Shown: in pieces, positions 28,875-39,894 of the stretch | Position numbering within the stretch: the first letter of the stretch is position 1 | How the letters are laid out: the number at the start of each line of letters is the position of its first letter | DNA from: Microbacteriaceae bacterium | Lineage (GTDB): Bacteria; Actinomycetota; Actinomycetes; Actinomycetales; Microbacteriaceae | Length of the DNA stretch: 64,000 nucleotides | Reading direction: 5' to 3' | Assembly (NCBI GenBank): GCA_947373155.1 | Contig: CANBWO010000003.1 | Coordinates: forward strand, 8,968-72,967 | Notes under the pieces: generated by a model | Database searches by the model: none | What the model was told of the DNA's origin: nothing | The model's input: the letters and a program-made list of their open reading frames with translations, nothing else | Program-made: the position numbers and the translations under genes

Positions 28875-29686
28875 TGCCACCGGTCCAGATCATCTTGAAT
28901 GGCTCGCTCATAGTGGCCATTCCTTTGGCGGCGCTCGCCGGGCTGGTCTCGTTCTTGTCGCCCTGTGTGCTTCCGTTGGTTCCGGGCTACCTGGGATACG
29001 TGTCGGGCATGGCTGGTCAAGCGCAATCAGGCAGTGCGCAAACTTCCAGCGCGCAAACCGCCGCAGCTCAATCAGGCAACGCCTCAAGAGTTTCCGCTAG
29101 GGCCGGCAAGAACAAAGTGGTACTCGGCACCTTGCTCTTTGTGCTTGGCTTCAGCGCAGTTTTTGTTTCTTACGGAACCCTCTTTGGTTCCCTAGGTGCC
29201 TTGCTCTACGGAACCGCTGGCCAAGTGATTCAGCGCATCCTCGGCATTGTCATTATCGTTTTGGGTCTGGTGATGGTGGGTCAGTTTGGTTGGCTTCAGA
29301 ACACCGTCAAGCCAAACTTCCGCCCGCGAGCCGGTCTAATAGGTGCGCCGCTGCTGGGCATTGCTTTTGGTCTTGGGTGGACCCCGTGTATCGGCCCAAC
29401 CTTGGCGGCAGTTTTATCGCTAGCAACGCAATCCGGTTCAGCCTGGCGCGGATCGATTCTGGCACTCAGTTATTCACTTGGGCTTGGCTTGCCGTTTCTG
29501 GCCATTTCGGCCGGATTCGGCTGGGCTACCAACAGTGTTAATTTCGTGCGCAACAACATCCGTGTTTTCAACCTAGTTGGCGGCGGCCTACTGGTGGTTT
29601 TGGGTCTACTGATGGCCACCGGCCTTTGGAATATTTTGATTGCTCAAGTTCAGGAGGCGATCGTTGGCTACCTCCCAGCGCTCTAA
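28874..29686 (+). CDS. ccdA: cytochrome c biogenesis protein CcdA (DsbD-family)
   Basis: The motif [11 protein letters not shown], a second Cys in GWTPCIGP, and 6 TM segments. Confidence 0.9.
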   Translation: MPPVQIILNGSLIVAIPLAALAGLVSFLSPCVLPLVPGYLGYVSGMAGQAQSGSAQTSSAQTAAAQSGNASRVSARAGKNKVVLGTLLFVLGFSAVFVSYGTLFGSLGALLYGTAGQVIQRILGIVIIVLGLVMVGQFGWLQNTVKPNFRPRAGLIGAPLLGIAFGLGWTPCIGPTLAAVLSLATQSGSAWRGSILALSYSLGLGLPFLAISAGFGWATNSVNFVRNNIRVFNLVGGGLLVVLGLLMATGLWNILIAQVQEAIVGYLPAL

Positions 29687-31325
29687 GAAAAAAGGCAGCG
29701 ATGCCCAGGACCCGAATCTACGGACTCGTTCAGCAACCAGCGTTACCGGGCGCCCAGACGACCACATCTCGGCTGGCGAACCAACTGCCATCAACCAGCC
29801 CAGTTTGAGCCTGATCGGATGGGCTCGTTGGATTTGGCGTCAGCTCACATCGATGCGCACCGCGCTTTTGCTGCTGCTATTTTTGGCCGCCGCGGCCATA
29901 CCGGGTTCGCTTTACCCGCAGCGCACCGCCGACCCTAACGGTGTCACCACCTTTTTCCAGAGCAACCCAACCCTGGCTCCGGTGCTAGATAAATTCCAAC
30001 TTTTTGATGTCTACAGTTCTGCGTGGTTCAGCGCGATCTACATTTTGCTTTTTACCTCGTTGATCGGCTGCGTACTTCCTAGAGTTGCAGTTCACTACAA
30101 GGCATTGATGAGCCCGCCGGCGGCAACCCCTAGCAATCTCGCGCGCATGCCAGCGTTCCAGACGGCAAAGGCCGGGGCCAAAAAGCGTGCCCGTGCCCTC
30201 GATGCGGCTTTCGCGCAGCTAAAGAGCCAGGGCTATCGGGTGGTTCGCACCGAAGATTCCGTGGCGGCTGAGCGCGGCTATTGGCGTGAAACCGGAAACC
30301 TGCTCTTTCACATTTCGCTGGTGGGAGTCTTGATCAGCGTTGGGTTTGGCGGAGCCTATAGCTACAGCGGTCAGCGGGTTTTGGTTGAGGGAGACACTTT
30401 TGTGAATAACCTCGCGGGCTACGATTCGTTCAGCCCGGGAATTGCCTTTAGTCAGAACCAGCTCACCGCGTTCAGTGCCACGCTAAATCGTTTTGATGTG
30501 ACTTACGACCTCAAGAACAAGACGAACCTTGGCACACCGCTAGATTTTGCCGCCCATGTGAGTCTGCGCGAACGCGGTGCTAGCAAGGCAAAAGACACCG
30601 TCATCAGGGTAAATGAACCAGCCGAGATCCCGGGCGCCAAGGTTTACCTCACGGGTAACGGCTACGCACCTGTTATCACCATCCACGATGGAAAGGGAAA
30701 GATCGCCTTTAGTGGACCGGTTGAGTTCCTGCCACAGGATGCCAACATGACCTCCCTTGGTGTAATCAAAGTTCCGGATGCTAAACCGCAACAGTTTGGA
30801 ATCCTCAGCTTCTTTTACCCAACCGCGGCGCAACTCAAATCCAAGGCCTACACCAGTGTTTACCCGGCGCCTGCTTCTCCGCTAATCACAATGAACGTGT
30901 ATGAGGGCAACCTAGGTCTAGACAGCGGAATACCGAGCAACGCGTTCTCGCTTGCCGTGCATGGCCTCAAACAGCTCACCGGTGGCAAGACCAACGTTGA
31001 GAGCATCAAGTTGCGCCTTGGGGAATCCGCAAACCTTCCAAACGGGCTAGGAACTGTCTCTTTTGATTCACTCAGGCGCTATGCGGCCCTTGACGTTGAT
31101 TACAACCCGGGTCAGGGATGGGTTTTGTTCTTTGCCTTGTTGTCCCTTGCGGGTCTAATCATGTCCCTGGTCATCCCGAGGCGCCGTGTTTGGGTCAAGG
31201 TCGACCAAGGGGGAATCCAAGTTGCAGCACTTGCCCGCGGCGATGACCCACTGCTCGAAAGAGTGGTTACCGAGCTGGTAACCAAACTAAACCAGAAGCC
31301 TGAAAAGACTGAGGACGAGAACTAA
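29664..31325 (+). CDS. resB: cytochrome c biogenesis protein ResB/Ccs1
   Basis: [30 protein letters not shown] is the typical ResB N-terminus. The TTG 29664 start follows AGGAGG (29652-29657). The track ORF begins at 29640. Confidence 0.88.
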   Translation: MATSQRSKKKGSDAQDPNLRTRSATSVTGRPDDHISAGEPTAINQPSLSLIGWARWIWRQLTSMRTALLLLLFLAAAAIPGSLYPQRTADPNGVTTFFQSNPTLAPVLDKFQLFDVYSSAWFSAIYILLFTSLIGCVLPRVAVHYKALMSPPAATPSNLARMPAFQTAKAGAKKRARALDAAFAQLKSQGYRVVRTEDSVAAERGYWRETGNLLFHISLVGVLISVGFGGAYSYSGQRVLVEGDTFVNNLAGYDSFSPGIAFSQNQLTAFSATLNRFDVTYDLKNKTNLGTPLDFAAHVSLRERGASKAKDTVIRVNEPAEIPGAKVYLTGNGYAPVITIHDGKGKIAFSGPVEFLPQDANMTSLGVIKVPDAKPQQFGILSFFYPTAAQLKSKAYTSVYPAPASPLITMNVYEGNLGLDSGIPSNAFSLAVHGLKQLTGGKTNVESIKLRLGESANLPNGLGTVSFDSLRRYAALDVDYNPGQGWVLFFALLSLAGLIMSLVIPRRRVWVKVDQGGIQVAALARGDDPLLERVVTELVTKLNQKPEKTEDEN

Positions 31326-32257
31326 TGAAGACCGCAGTAAACCTGAACGAGGCCCTTTCGCAGTGGTCGGTGCTTGGCATTTATGCATCGATGCTTTTCT
31401 ACGCGGCCGCATTCGTTGTGCTTTCCATGGACCTAGCTCGAGCCGCCAGCGAGAAGTCCAAGATCCGTGCCACCGCCGGAAAACTGGAACGCGCTGGCAT
31501 TTTGCTCATGATCGTGGCTGTTGCTTTCCACGGTATTGGTGTTCTAGGTCGCGGCATCGCAGCCCAGCGTGTCCCCTGGGCCAACATGTACGAGTTCACC
31601 ATCACCGGAACGCTCGTGGTCACCGTGATTTTTATCTTTGCTCAGGCCTTCCGCAAGGACATCCGCTACATCGCCACCTTCATGACCGCCTTTGTGACCC
31701 TGGCCCTCGGCATTGCCACCTCGGTGTTCTACGTGCAGGTTAAGACTCTGATGCCTGCGCTGCAAAGCTACTGGTTGCTAATCCACGTCACTGTGGCTAT
31801 CTTGGCCACCGCTTTCTTCAACATCGCGGCCGCCCTGAGCATCACCTACTTGTTCAAGACTGCCAAGTGGGTTCAGGAGCCTTCCAAGAAGTACGCCAAG
31901 CAGACCTGGTTCGTGGCGCTAAAGCGAGTGCTCAAGCTTTTCCCGGAGCCTGCACGCCTAGAGCAGACCAGCTACCGATTCAACATCATCGGATTTATTT
32001 TGTGGTCGTTCACACTGATTGCGGGAGCCATTTGGGCCGAGCGCGCTTGGCACCGCTACTGGGGTTGGGACACCAAAGAGGTTTGGACCTTCATCATTTG
32101 GACTATCTATGCCGGCTACCTGCACGCCAATGCCACCCGCGGTTGGCACGGCAAGCGTTCCGCCTGGTTGGTTGTTATTGGCTTTGGTGCCATCATGTTC
32201 AACTTCACCATTGTGAACCTGTACTTCAAGGGCCTACACGTTTACTCGGGTCTATAA
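31325..32257 (+). CDS. ccsB: c-type cytochrome biogenesis protein CcsB/ResC
   Basis: Trp-rich heme-handling motif WAERAWHRYWGWDTKEVW and a polytopic topology. Confidence 0.9.
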   Translation: MKTAVNLNEALSQWSVLGIYASMLFYAAAFVVLSMDLARAASEKSKIRATAGKLERAGILLMIVAVAFHGIGVLGRGIAAQRVPWANMYEFTITGTLVVTVIFIFAQAFRKDIRYIATFMTAFVTLALGIATSVFYVQVKTLMPALQSYWLLIHVTVAILATAFFNIAAALSITYLFKTAKWVQEPSKKYAKQTWFVALKRVLKLFPEPARLEQTSYRFNIIGFILWSFTLIAGAIWAERAWHRYWGWDTKEVWTFIIWTIYAGYLHANATRGWHGKRSAWLVVIGFGAIMFNFTIVNLYFKGLHVYSGL

Positions 32258-32278
32258 AACCGCACTCAGCCTTTCGGT

Positions 32279-33256
32279 TTACAAGAGCCCGTAGCAACGC
32301 TCTAGCCGGTCTAGCCACCATTTGGTGCGCTCTGGGCTGGCGGCAAGTTCATCCAACTTTGTTGGCTCGGGGGTAACTCGACCTACCGGTAGAAAACCAT
32401 CGATGGCGACCAGCGGGCGGGCGACCACATCGTTGGCTAGCAACGCAACCGTGCCAAGCCCGCAGGCGTAGGGCAGATTTGGTAACGAAGCAGCCAGATG
32501 CAGGCCCATGCTGATTCCCACTGATGTTTCTAGAGCGCTAGAAATCACCGCGGGCAAGCCGGCCTCCGCCACAATCTGGCCGGCACGCTGGATGCCTCCC
32601 AGCGGCGCAGCCTTGATTACTAGAACATCTGCCGCGCCAGCCTGCGCAACCTCAAGCGGGTCTTCGGCCTTGCGAACCGACTCGTCGGCGGCAACCTTGA
32701 CGGCAACGTTTTTTAACTGTTTTCGCAGTTCGGCTAGCTCGGCAACAGTGGCGCAGGGTTGCTCGAAATAATCTAGTGGCACGCCGTTTTCCACCATGGT
32801 AAAGGCCAGCATGGCTGCGGTTCGCACGTCGAAACCACCGTTGGCATCCAACCGAATCCGCGCCTTGGGAAATAGCTGGTGCACTTTGAAAATCCGCTGT
32901 AAGTCGTGGTTCAAATTTTGACCAGGCTCGGCTACCTTGATCTTTACCGTGTCAAACGGGCCAAACTGGGCCAGGACCTCGGCCACTTTATCCGGTGAAA
33001 CCGCTGGCAGTGTGGCGTTGACAGCAACGCGGTCTCGGTAAAGCGGCGGCAGCTCATCGCTGGCAAATTCAACCGCTGCGGCCAACCAAATGGCAGCCTC
33101 CGCATCGCCGTATTCCAAGAAAGGCGACCACTCCGCCCATCCCTGCGGGCCTTCAAAAAGCAGTGCTTCGCGCACGTTCACACCCCGAAACTGAGTTCGC
33201 AATGGAATGCTAACCACCCTGGCGGTGGCAACGATTTTTTCTAGCGCAATAGGCAC
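32279..33256 (-). CDS. menC: o-succinylbenzoate synthase
   Basis: An enolase-superfamily fold of about 325 aa, divergent from menB inside the men cluster. Confidence 0.8.
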   Translation of the reverse strand: MPIALEKIVATARVVSIPLRTQFRGVNVREALLFEGPQGWAEWSPFLEYGDAEAAIWLAAAVEFASDELPPLYRDRVAVNATLPAVSPDKVAEVLAQFGPFDTVKIKVAEPGQNLNHDLQRIFKVHQLFPKARIRLDANGGFDVRTAAMLAFTMVENGVPLDYFEQPCATVAELAELRKQLKNVAVKVAADESVRKAEDPLEVAQAGAADVLVIKAAPLGGIQRAGQIVAEAGLPAVISSALETSVGISMGLHLAASLPNLPYACGLGTVALLANDVVARPLVAIDGFLPVGRVTPEPTKLDELAASPERTKWWLDRLERCYGLL

Positions 33257-33273
33257 ACCGTTAGTCTAGAAGC

Positions 33274-34185
33274 ATGGCTCAACAGGTATCGCAGTTGTTC
33301 GACGCAACCATTTGGCAGGACGTGGCAGGTTTTGAAAACCTGACCGACATCACCTACCACCGTCACGTGCAACTGGGCATTGTTCGCGTGGCATTTAACC
33401 GCCCAGAGGTGCGTAACGCATTCCGCCCCAAGACGGTAGACGAACTGGCCCGCGCACTGACTCACGCAGCCGAAGATTCCAAGGTTGGCGTAGTTTTGCT
33501 GACCGGCAATGGCCCATCCGAGAAAGATGGTGGCTGGGCTTTCAGTAGCGGCGGCGACCAGCGAGTTCGCGGTCGTGATGGCTACAAATACAGCGATGGC
33601 GAAACCGCCCAGGACGCAGACTCAGCCCGAAGTGGTCGCCTGCACATTCTTGAAGTCCAGCGAATTATTCGTTTCATGCCAAAGGTGGTTATCGCACTGG
33701 TTCCCGGTTGGGCTGCCGGTGGCGGTCACTCGCTGAACGTGATTGCAGACCTGTCGATCGCTAGCGCCGAGCACGCCAGATTCAAGCAGACCGACGCAGA
33801 CGTGGGAAGCTTTGATGCCGGCTACGGCAGCGCCTACCTTGCCAAGCAGGTTGGCCAAAAGTTTGCTCGCGAAATCTTCTTCCTGGGGCAAACCTACGAT
33901 GCCCAACGCGCCTACGAGATGGGCGTGGTGAACCTTGTGGTTCCTCACAGCGAGCTAGAACAAGCCGGAGTGGAGTGGGCGGCCGAGATATTGCGCAAGT
34001 CTCCAACCAGTATTCGCATGCTCAAGTACGCCATGAATGCGGTAGACGACGGCATGGTTGGCCAACAACTGTTTGCCGGAGAAGCAACGCGTTTGGCTTA
34101 TGGAACAGACGAAGCGCTTGAGGGCAAAGAGGCGTTCCTACAGCGGCGCGAACCCAACTGGTCTGCCTTCCCTTGGCATTTCTAG
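33274..34185 (+). CDS. menB: 1,4-dihydroxy-2-naphthoyl-CoA synthase
   Basis: Crotonase fold with NRPEVRNAFRP, FSSGGDQ and GWAAGGGH. Confidence 0.95.
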   Translation: MAQQVSQLFDATIWQDVAGFENLTDITYHRHVQLGIVRVAFNRPEVRNAFRPKTVDELARALTHAAEDSKVGVVLLTGNGPSEKDGGWAFSSGGDQRVRGRDGYKYSDGETAQDADSARSGRLHILEVQRIIRFMPKVVIALVPGWAAGGGHSLNVIADLSIASAEHARFKQTDADVGSFDAGYGSAYLAKQVGQKFAREIFFLGQTYDAQRAYEMGVVNLVVPHSELEQAGVEWAAEILRKSPTSIRMLKYAMNAVDDGMVGQQLFAGEATRLAYGTDEALEGKEAFLQRREPNWSAFPWHF

Positions 34186-34204
34186 TCCCATAGCCCGCAC
34201 AAGA

Positions 34205-35335
34205 ATGTCGATTCCCGTAAAACTGGTTGCCGCCAACGATACCGTTGGTGCGTTGTTGGCACTGGCCGATGCCCTAGCCGGCAAACAGGCTGTGTTCATC
34301 ACTGCACCGGAAACCAACGGGCTGATGCCCGAGGTTCATGGTTTGCCTAATGAGGTAGACCAAGACACGGCACTCGTTGTGGAGAGTTCGGGCAGCACAG
34401 GAACCCCAAAGCGCATAAGCCTTAGCCGGCAGGCGTTGATTGCCAGTGCCAAAGCCAGCGAGGCTCGTTTGGCCCCTCAGGCGCAGCCGAACACCCAATC
34501 GCAGTGGCTGGTTTGCCTACCGATCAACTATGTTGCCGGCGCCAACGTCTTGATTCGCTCGTTGGTTGCCGACACCCAGCCGGTCCTTATGAACACCAGC
34601 CTGCCGTTCACCGCAGATGCTTTTGCTCGCGCCGCCAGCCTCATGACTGCCGAACGCCGTTTTGTCTCGCTGGTTCCAACCCAACTGTTGCGGTTGGTTA
34701 GTCAAGCGGGCATCGATGATTTTTTGCTGGCTGGCCTTAGAAGGTTCGACGCCATTTTGCTTGGCGGACAGGCACCGGATGCGTCGCTCTTGCAAAAAGC
34801 CAAGGACCTAGGTCTAATGGTTGTGCAGAGCTACGGCATGGCCGAAACCGCTGGAGGTTGTGTCTACGACGGCGTTCCGCTTGATGGAGTGAAAGTTCGA
34901 ATTGGCTCGGGGCAACAGGTGGAAATCAGTGGTCCAACTTTGGCCAACTTTGTTGCCGATACCGACGGCTGGTACCGAACCAACGATCTAGGGGAGTTCG
35001 ACACTTCGGGCAAACTCGTGATTCTGGGCCGTACCAACCGGGTTCTTGCTTCCGGAGGAGTCAAGGTTTCACTCGATTCCATCGAGGAAGTGGTTCGGCA
35101 AATCGGCGGAGTCGTAGATGCGGCGGCCATTAGTGTTTCTGATTCCGAATGGGGAGAACGAGCCGTATTGGTCTATGTTGGCAGCCCAGAGGTGGCCGAC
35201 TACGTGGCGGCGGAAATCCTCAGCAATCTGGGAGCAGCCGCCAAGCCGGTTCGTGTGATTCGAGTGGACACCATTCCCAGACTGAACAGTGGCAAGACCG
35301 ACTATGTGTGGCTAAAAAGCCAGTTCAGTGGTTAG
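34205..35335 (+). CDS. menE: o-succinylbenzoate--CoA ligase
   Basis: AMP-binding motifs SSGSTGTPK, YGMAETAG and NSGKTD. ATG 34205 lies after the menB stop. Confidence 0.8.
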   Translation: MSIPVKLVAANDTVGALLALADALAGKQAVFITAPETNGLMPEVHGLPNEVDQDTALVVESSGSTGTPKRISLSRQALIASAKASEARLAPQAQPNTQSQWLVCLPINYVAGANVLIRSLVADTQPVLMNTSLPFTADAFARAASLMTAERRFVSLVPTQLLRLVSQAGIDDFLLAGLRRFDAILLGGQAPDASLLQKAKDLGLMVVQSYGMAETAGGCVYDGVPLDGVKVRIGSGQQVEISGPTLANFVADTDGWYRTNDLGEFDTSGKLVILGRTNRVLASGGVKVSLDSIEEVVRQIGGVVDAAAISVSDSEWGERAVLVYVGSPEVADYVAAEILSNLGAAAKPVRVIRVDTIPRLNSGKTDYVWLKSQFSG

Positions 35336-35344
35336 CATTCTTGG

Positions 35345-36244
35345 GTGTCCAAGAAATCTAAGAACAACAAGCGTAAAAAGACCATCAAGCTCTGGGTAGA
35401 GGGAGCTCGCCTTCGTACTCTGCCGCTGGCCATTGCGCCGGTGGCTCTTGGAGCGGGAATCGCCAAAGCCGATTCGGCTTTCAACCTTGGGCTCACTCTG
35501 TTGGCTCTGGCGGTAGCGCTGTTCCTGCAGATTGGCGTGAACTTTGCAAATGATTACAGCGATGGCATCCGCGGCACAGACACCAAGCGAGTCGGACCAC
35601 TTCGCCTAACCGGATCGGGCTCCACCAAGCCAGAGTTGGTCAAGAACACTGCTTTTGCATTCTTTGGACTGGCGGCGCTCGCCGGACTTGCCATTGTGCT
35701 GATCACCGGATTCTGGTGGTTGATCGCGGTTGGCGTGGCCTGCATCGTTGCTGCCTGGTATTACACGGGTGGAAAGAAGCCATACGGCTACTCGGGCTTT
35801 GGCGAAATCGCCGTGTTTGTGTTTTTTGGTTTGGTGGCCACTGTGGGAACCACGTACATTCAGACCCGCTCGGTAGACCAAACATCGCTGATTTTGGGTT
35901 CTGCCCTGGGGCTATTTGCCAGTGCGGTGCTCATGGTGAACAACATCCGCGATCGCGAACTGGATCAGCACGTGGGTAAGCGAACCCTTGCAGTGAAGAT
36001 TGGGGCAACCTGGTCCAAGGTGCTTTTCCTGGCCATGCTTTGGTTGCCAATGGTCTTGCTGACCCTGGTGGCACTGGTTTATCCGAGCCTTGCCTTGGTT
36101 TGGTTCATTGTGCTGTTGCTGGCACCAGCCACCCTGATTTTTGTGATGGCTAAGACTGCCAAAGACCTTATTTTGGTTCTAAAGCTCACCAGTTTTGTGG
36201 CTTTGGGCTTTGGGCTACTTGCCCTGCTCGCCCTCAGCCTTTAG
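35345..36244 (+). CDS. menA: 1,4-dihydroxy-2-naphthoate polyprenyltransferase
   Basis: UbiA-family motif NFANDYSDGIRG and a second NNIRD. Confidence 0.9.
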   Translation: MSKKSKNNKRKKTIKLWVEGARLRTLPLAIAPVALGAGIAKADSAFNLGLTLLALAVALFLQIGVNFANDYSDGIRGTDTKRVGPLRLTGSGSTKPELVKNTAFAFFGLAALAGLAIVLITGFWWLIAVGVACIVAAWYYTGGKKPYGYSGFGEIAVFVFFGLVATVGTTYIQTRSVDQTSLILGSALGLFASAVLMVNNIRDRELDQHVGKRTLAVKIGATWSKVLFLAMLWLPMVLLTLVALVYPSLALVWFIVLLLAPATLIFVMAKTAKDLILVLKLTSFVALGFGLLALLALSL

Positions 36245-36511
36245 CGAATCCTTCTGGTCTAGTAGGTCGTTCTCAACATCTACTTCGCCGTCTTTGGCAC
36301 CAAGGTCGCTCTTGCGCTGCATGCGCTTGTAAACCATTTCCGATACCTTGTCGCGCTGACGATTTAGCACAATGAGCGAAACGGCAAAGCCAATGACCGC
36401 CGCGAACAAGGCCGCCAGGATTGGATCCATGCCGGTTAGCAGTAGCACGCAGAGGGCCACAACGAAAATGCCGATACGAATCAAAAAGTAGTTAATTAGC
36501 GGGTTGTTCAT
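36215..36511 (-). CDS. DUF4229-like small membrane protein
   Basis: 98 aa with two TM segments and an acidic tail. Conserved neighbour of menA in actinobacteria. Confidence 0.65.
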   Translation of the reverse strand: MNNPLINYFLIRIGIFVVALCVLLLTGMDPILAALFAAVIGFAVSLIVLNRQRDKVSEMVYKRMQRKSDLGAKDGEVDVENDLLDQKDSLKAEGEQGK

Positions 36512-36538
36512 ACTCCAATCCTAAGTAGGGTTAAAGAC

Positions 36539-36835
36539 ATGAGAATGCTCCTGTTTGCCATCGCTGCGGTGGGCATTTTTACTGTTTTTAGCGCAGTTTT
36601 TGCTGCCAGCGCCGATGCCCGCTCGGTGCGGTTGCTTCCAAAGTGGCTCTGGGTGGTCCTTTGTGTCTTGGTTACCCCAATCGGAGGTATCTTTTACATC
36701 TTGGTTGGTCGACCGATCGGCGGCCCATCCTCAGGTGGTCAGAGCAAGGGAAAGGCTCCAAAGGCACCGGATGACGACCCAGAATTTCTTCGCAAACTAG
36801 CCGAGCGCCTAAAGCGCGATGGGGAAACCGAGTGA
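36539..36835 (+). CDS. PLD-nuclease-N-terminal-domain (PLDc_N) small membrane protein
   Basis: The motif LPKWLWVVLCVLVTPIGGIFYILVGRP. Confidence 0.65.
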   Translation: MRMLLFAIAAVGIFTVFSAVFAASADARSVRLLPKWLWVVLCVLVTPIGGIFYILVGRPIGGPSSGGQSKGKAPKAPDDDPEFLRKLAERLKRDGETE

Positions 36836-38499
36836 CCTCGCCCGCGCAGGTTTTGGCGGCCAACCTTCTTTCGCAACTCGTTGCCAACGGAGTTGACCAC
36901 ATCTTTCTTGCTCCCGGAGCTAGGTCGCAGGCGCTAGCGATTGCTGCCGGCCAGTTGGCCGAGGCCGGTCACGTGCAACTTCACGTGCGCCTCGACGAGC
37001 GTTCCATGGCCTTTCAGGCTATGGGTATCGGGCTGTCAAGTGGATTTCCCGCTGCTCTAATCACCACCTCCGGAACCGCGGTGGCCAACCTGCACCCGGC
37101 GGTACTCGAGGCCTATCACGCCGGCGTGCCAATGATTTTGCTCACTGCAGATCGTCCCGCCGAGTTACGGGGTGTGGGCGCTAATCAGACCACAAACCAG
37201 GTTGGCATTTTTGGACAGGCCGTGACCGAGTGCATCGATGTACCGGCTCCGTCCGAGCAAGATTCCCAAGATCAGCTGCAGAAATTGGCAACCGAACTGG
37301 CTCTGAACTCAATCGCTACAGCGGTGAACCAACCCGGTCCGGTGCAATTGAACCTGTGTTTCCGCGAACCACTCAGCTCGGCAGAACCAAATGCCGCGGG
37401 CATTTTCGAGTCAATCATCGATGAAGAGCTGGACACCACATCGGGCATTGCTGTGGTTGAGCGCGACCCTGATCACGACCTCGACCATGAACACGACGAA
37501 GACTGCGCGCACCTGCACCAAATCGAAGCGCCACTTAGCGAACCTGATTCGGTTATCGACCTAAGCCTCAAGACGGTTGTGATTGCTGGCGATGGCGGTT
37601 ACCTCGCGCGCTGGTACACCACCGGTTTGCCGCTGCTAGCCGAGCCGTCTTCTGGAGTGCGCGGTCTTCCGGAGGCCGTAGCCGGATACCTTTGGCTGCT
37701 AGACCAGCGAACCGACCTGGTGCAAGAAGTTGAACAGGTTCTGGTATTTGGCAAGCCAACTCTTAGCCGTCAGATCCAGGCGCTGCTCAAGAAACCAGGA
37801 CTTCGTATCCTGACCGACCCTGGCCGTCACGGTGTATTCAACCCCACCGGAACCGGGCAGCCGCTCGGAGACGACATCGAGTTCGTTGGCGAACCGGATC
37901 GCGCTTGGCTGAAAGCCTGGCAAACAGCTGGTTCAGACCTGCTGGCAGAGCAGCCCCAAGCCACCTCAGAAAATGGTGTAACTCGCCGCCAACTGGTTGA
38001 GGCAGTGTATTCGGCGGCTCGCAAAACCACCCCGTTAGTTTTAGGTGCCTCGCGTCTGATCCGCGAAGCCGATCGCTGGGCGCCGCTCAAAGAGCGCACA
38101 GTTTTTGCCAATCGAGGATTGGCGGGCATCGATGGCACGATTGCCACTGCCACCGGAATCGCCATGACCCACTCGGGTGCCAAGGTTCGGGTCTTGCTGG
38201 GAGATTTGACTCTGCTCCACGATGCCAGTTCTTTGGTGATTGACCCCATCGATGCAAATTTGAACATTCAACTGGTGGTTGGAAACGACGGCGGCGGAAC
38301 GATTTTTGAGGGACTCGAGGTGGCAAAGAATTTGCCCAGGGATGCCTTCGAGAAGCTATTCCGCACTCCGCAGCGAGTGAACCTCGAGTTACTTGCCGGC
38401 GCCTACGGCTGGTTATACCAGCGTGTTAGCAGCAAAGAAGACCTGGAACTGGCGCTCAAGAGCACGGGCCATTTGCTTATCGACGTTGCTCTGGTTTAG
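36832..38499 (+). CDS. menD: 2-succinyl-5-enolpyruvyl-6-hydroxy-3-cyclohexene-1-carboxylate synthase
   Basis: ThDP enzyme with TSGTAVANL and GDLTLLHD. Confidence 0.9.
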   Translation: MTSPAQVLAANLLSQLVANGVDHIFLAPGARSQALAIAAGQLAEAGHVQLHVRLDERSMAFQAMGIGLSSGFPAALITTSGTAVANLHPAVLEAYHAGVPMILLTADRPAELRGVGANQTTNQVGIFGQAVTECIDVPAPSEQDSQDQLQKLATELALNSIATAVNQPGPVQLNLCFREPLSSAEPNAAGIFESIIDEELDTTSGIAVVERDPDHDLDHEHDEDCAHLHQIEAPLSEPDSVIDLSLKTVVIAGDGGYLARWYTTGLPLLAEPSSGVRGLPEAVAGYLWLLDQRTDLVQEVEQVLVFGKPTLSRQIQALLKKPGLRILTDPGRHGVFNPTGTGQPLGDDIEFVGEPDRAWLKAWQTAGSDLLAEQPQATSENGVTRRQLVEAVYSAARKTTPLVLGASRLIREADRWAPLKERTVFANRGLAGIDGTIATATGIAMTHSGAKVRVLLGDLTLLHDASSLVIDPIDANLNIQLVVGNDGGGTIFEGLEVAKNLPRDAFEKLFRTPQRVNLELLAGAYGWLYQRVSSKEDLELALKSTGHLLIDVALV

Positions 38500-38511
38500 A
38501 GCCCCAAACTG

Positions 38512-39894
38512 CTAAGCCAGGGCCTGACGAATCGGTCGAAGTTTCAGCTCGGTCTCAGCCAACTCCGCCGCCGGATCTGAACCGGCAACAATTCCGCAGC
38601 CCGCCATAGCAGTGATGGTTCCATGACCGATGCTCGCTCCACGCAGAGCAATCACCCATTCGCCGTCTCCGGTGGAGTCAATCCAGCCAACCGGACCCGC
38701 ATAAACTCCGCGGTCAAAAGGTTCCAGTTGCCGAATGGCCGCTTGGGCCGCGGTCAAAGGTGTTCCCGCAACGGCTGCAGTGGGGTGAAGGGCAGCTAAA
38801 ACATCCAACGATGAATTCCTGTGGTCCAGAGTTCCTCGGACATCGCTGGCTAGGTGCCAAAGATTGGGCAGAGCCAAACTGAATGGCTCGGAATCGGCGT
38901 CTAGGTTGGCGCAATAAGGCAACAGCGAACCCACCAGCGAGTCGATAGCTAGGCGATGCTCGTGCCTGTTCTTAGCTGAGGCCTTGAGTGCGGTCGCAAT
39001 GGCTTCATCGATGGTTGGATCGGTTCCTCGGGCTGCCGAACCGGCCAGCACGCGAGCATTGATTTTGCGGTTGGAAACGCAAATCAACAGTTCTGGAGAA
39101 GCTCCAAAGTTTTTATTTACCCAGTAGGTCCAGCAAGAGGGGTAACGCTGAGTGAGGCGCACAATCGCTTGGCGCGGGTCAAAGTCTCGGCCAATTTTGG
39201 CGGTCACCTCGCGGGCCACCACAACTTTTTCTACTTCACCCGCATCGATGCGCTGCAGTGCTGATTCCACTAGGGATTCAAAGCCGGATTCCGATACGGT
39301 GCCGGGCAACAGCGAAATGGGCTTTTGTGGAGCCACCGGAGCAAACCACTCTGGGCCAAGCGTGGTGGGAGTAGCGAATCTGGAGGTGGTGATGTTGGTG
39401 AGGGTGGCCTTGCCGTTTCGAACTGTGAGAACCTGGCGAGGAATCGTTAGGGTGCTTGTCACTTTGCTCTGGGAATCGAAGACGATAGCGCCGAAAGCCA
39501 AGAGTTTGGCTGGGGTTGCTCCGCCATCAAACTCGGCCTTCGAGCATAGCTCGCGCCACTGAGTCGCTAGTTTTTCGATTCGATCTGGGCCGGTAGCAGA
39601 GAGGGTCAGCACTGCTCCTCGGCCAACCAATCCCTGACCTTCAAAAATGAAGGCCATTCCGTCGAGGGCTAGCGCATCGGTGATTTTGAAATCGGAAGGC
39701 ACATCCACTGCGGTGGAATTGACGAACAGCCCTGGAAGATTTGTGGGTTTGTCCTGGAGCGCCAAGCCAAACCTGCTTTCTGGGAGTTGTCTGTCTGTTA
39801 GCAGAATCCCTTTTCGGAATCTATCGCCCCAAGTTATCCTGAACGATGGACCAGTAAATTCTATTCCCGTACCTCCAGCAGAAATCGTCGTCAT
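38512..39894 (-). CDS. menF: isochorismate synthase
   Basis: Chorismate-binding C-terminus: PTAAVAGTP, YAGPVGW, and GCGIVAGSDPAAELAETELK. This is the maximal ORF. The first 40 or so codons use atypical codons, so an internal start such as TTG 39765 is likely. Confidence 0.8.
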   Translation of the reverse strand: MTTISAGGTGIEFTGPSFRITWGDRFRKGILLTDRQLPESRFGLALQDKPTNLPGLFVNSTAVDVPSDFKITDALALDGMAFIFEGQGLVGRGAVLTLSATGPDRIEKLATQWRELCSKAEFDGGATPAKLLAFGAIVFDSQSKVTSTLTIPRQVLTVRNGKATLTNITTSRFATPTTLGPEWFAPVAPQKPISLLPGTVSESGFESLVESALQRIDAGEVEKVVVAREVTAKIGRDFDPRQAIVRLTQRYPSCWTYWVNKNFGASPELLICVSNRKINARVLAGSAARGTDPTIDEAIATALKASAKNRHEHRLAIDSLVGSLLPYCANLDADSEPFSLALPNLWHLASDVRGTLDHRNSSLDVLAALHPTAAVAGTPLTAAQAAIRQLEPFDRGVYAGPVGWIDSTGDGEWVIALRGASIGHGTITAMAGCGIVAGSDPAAELAETELKLRPIRQALA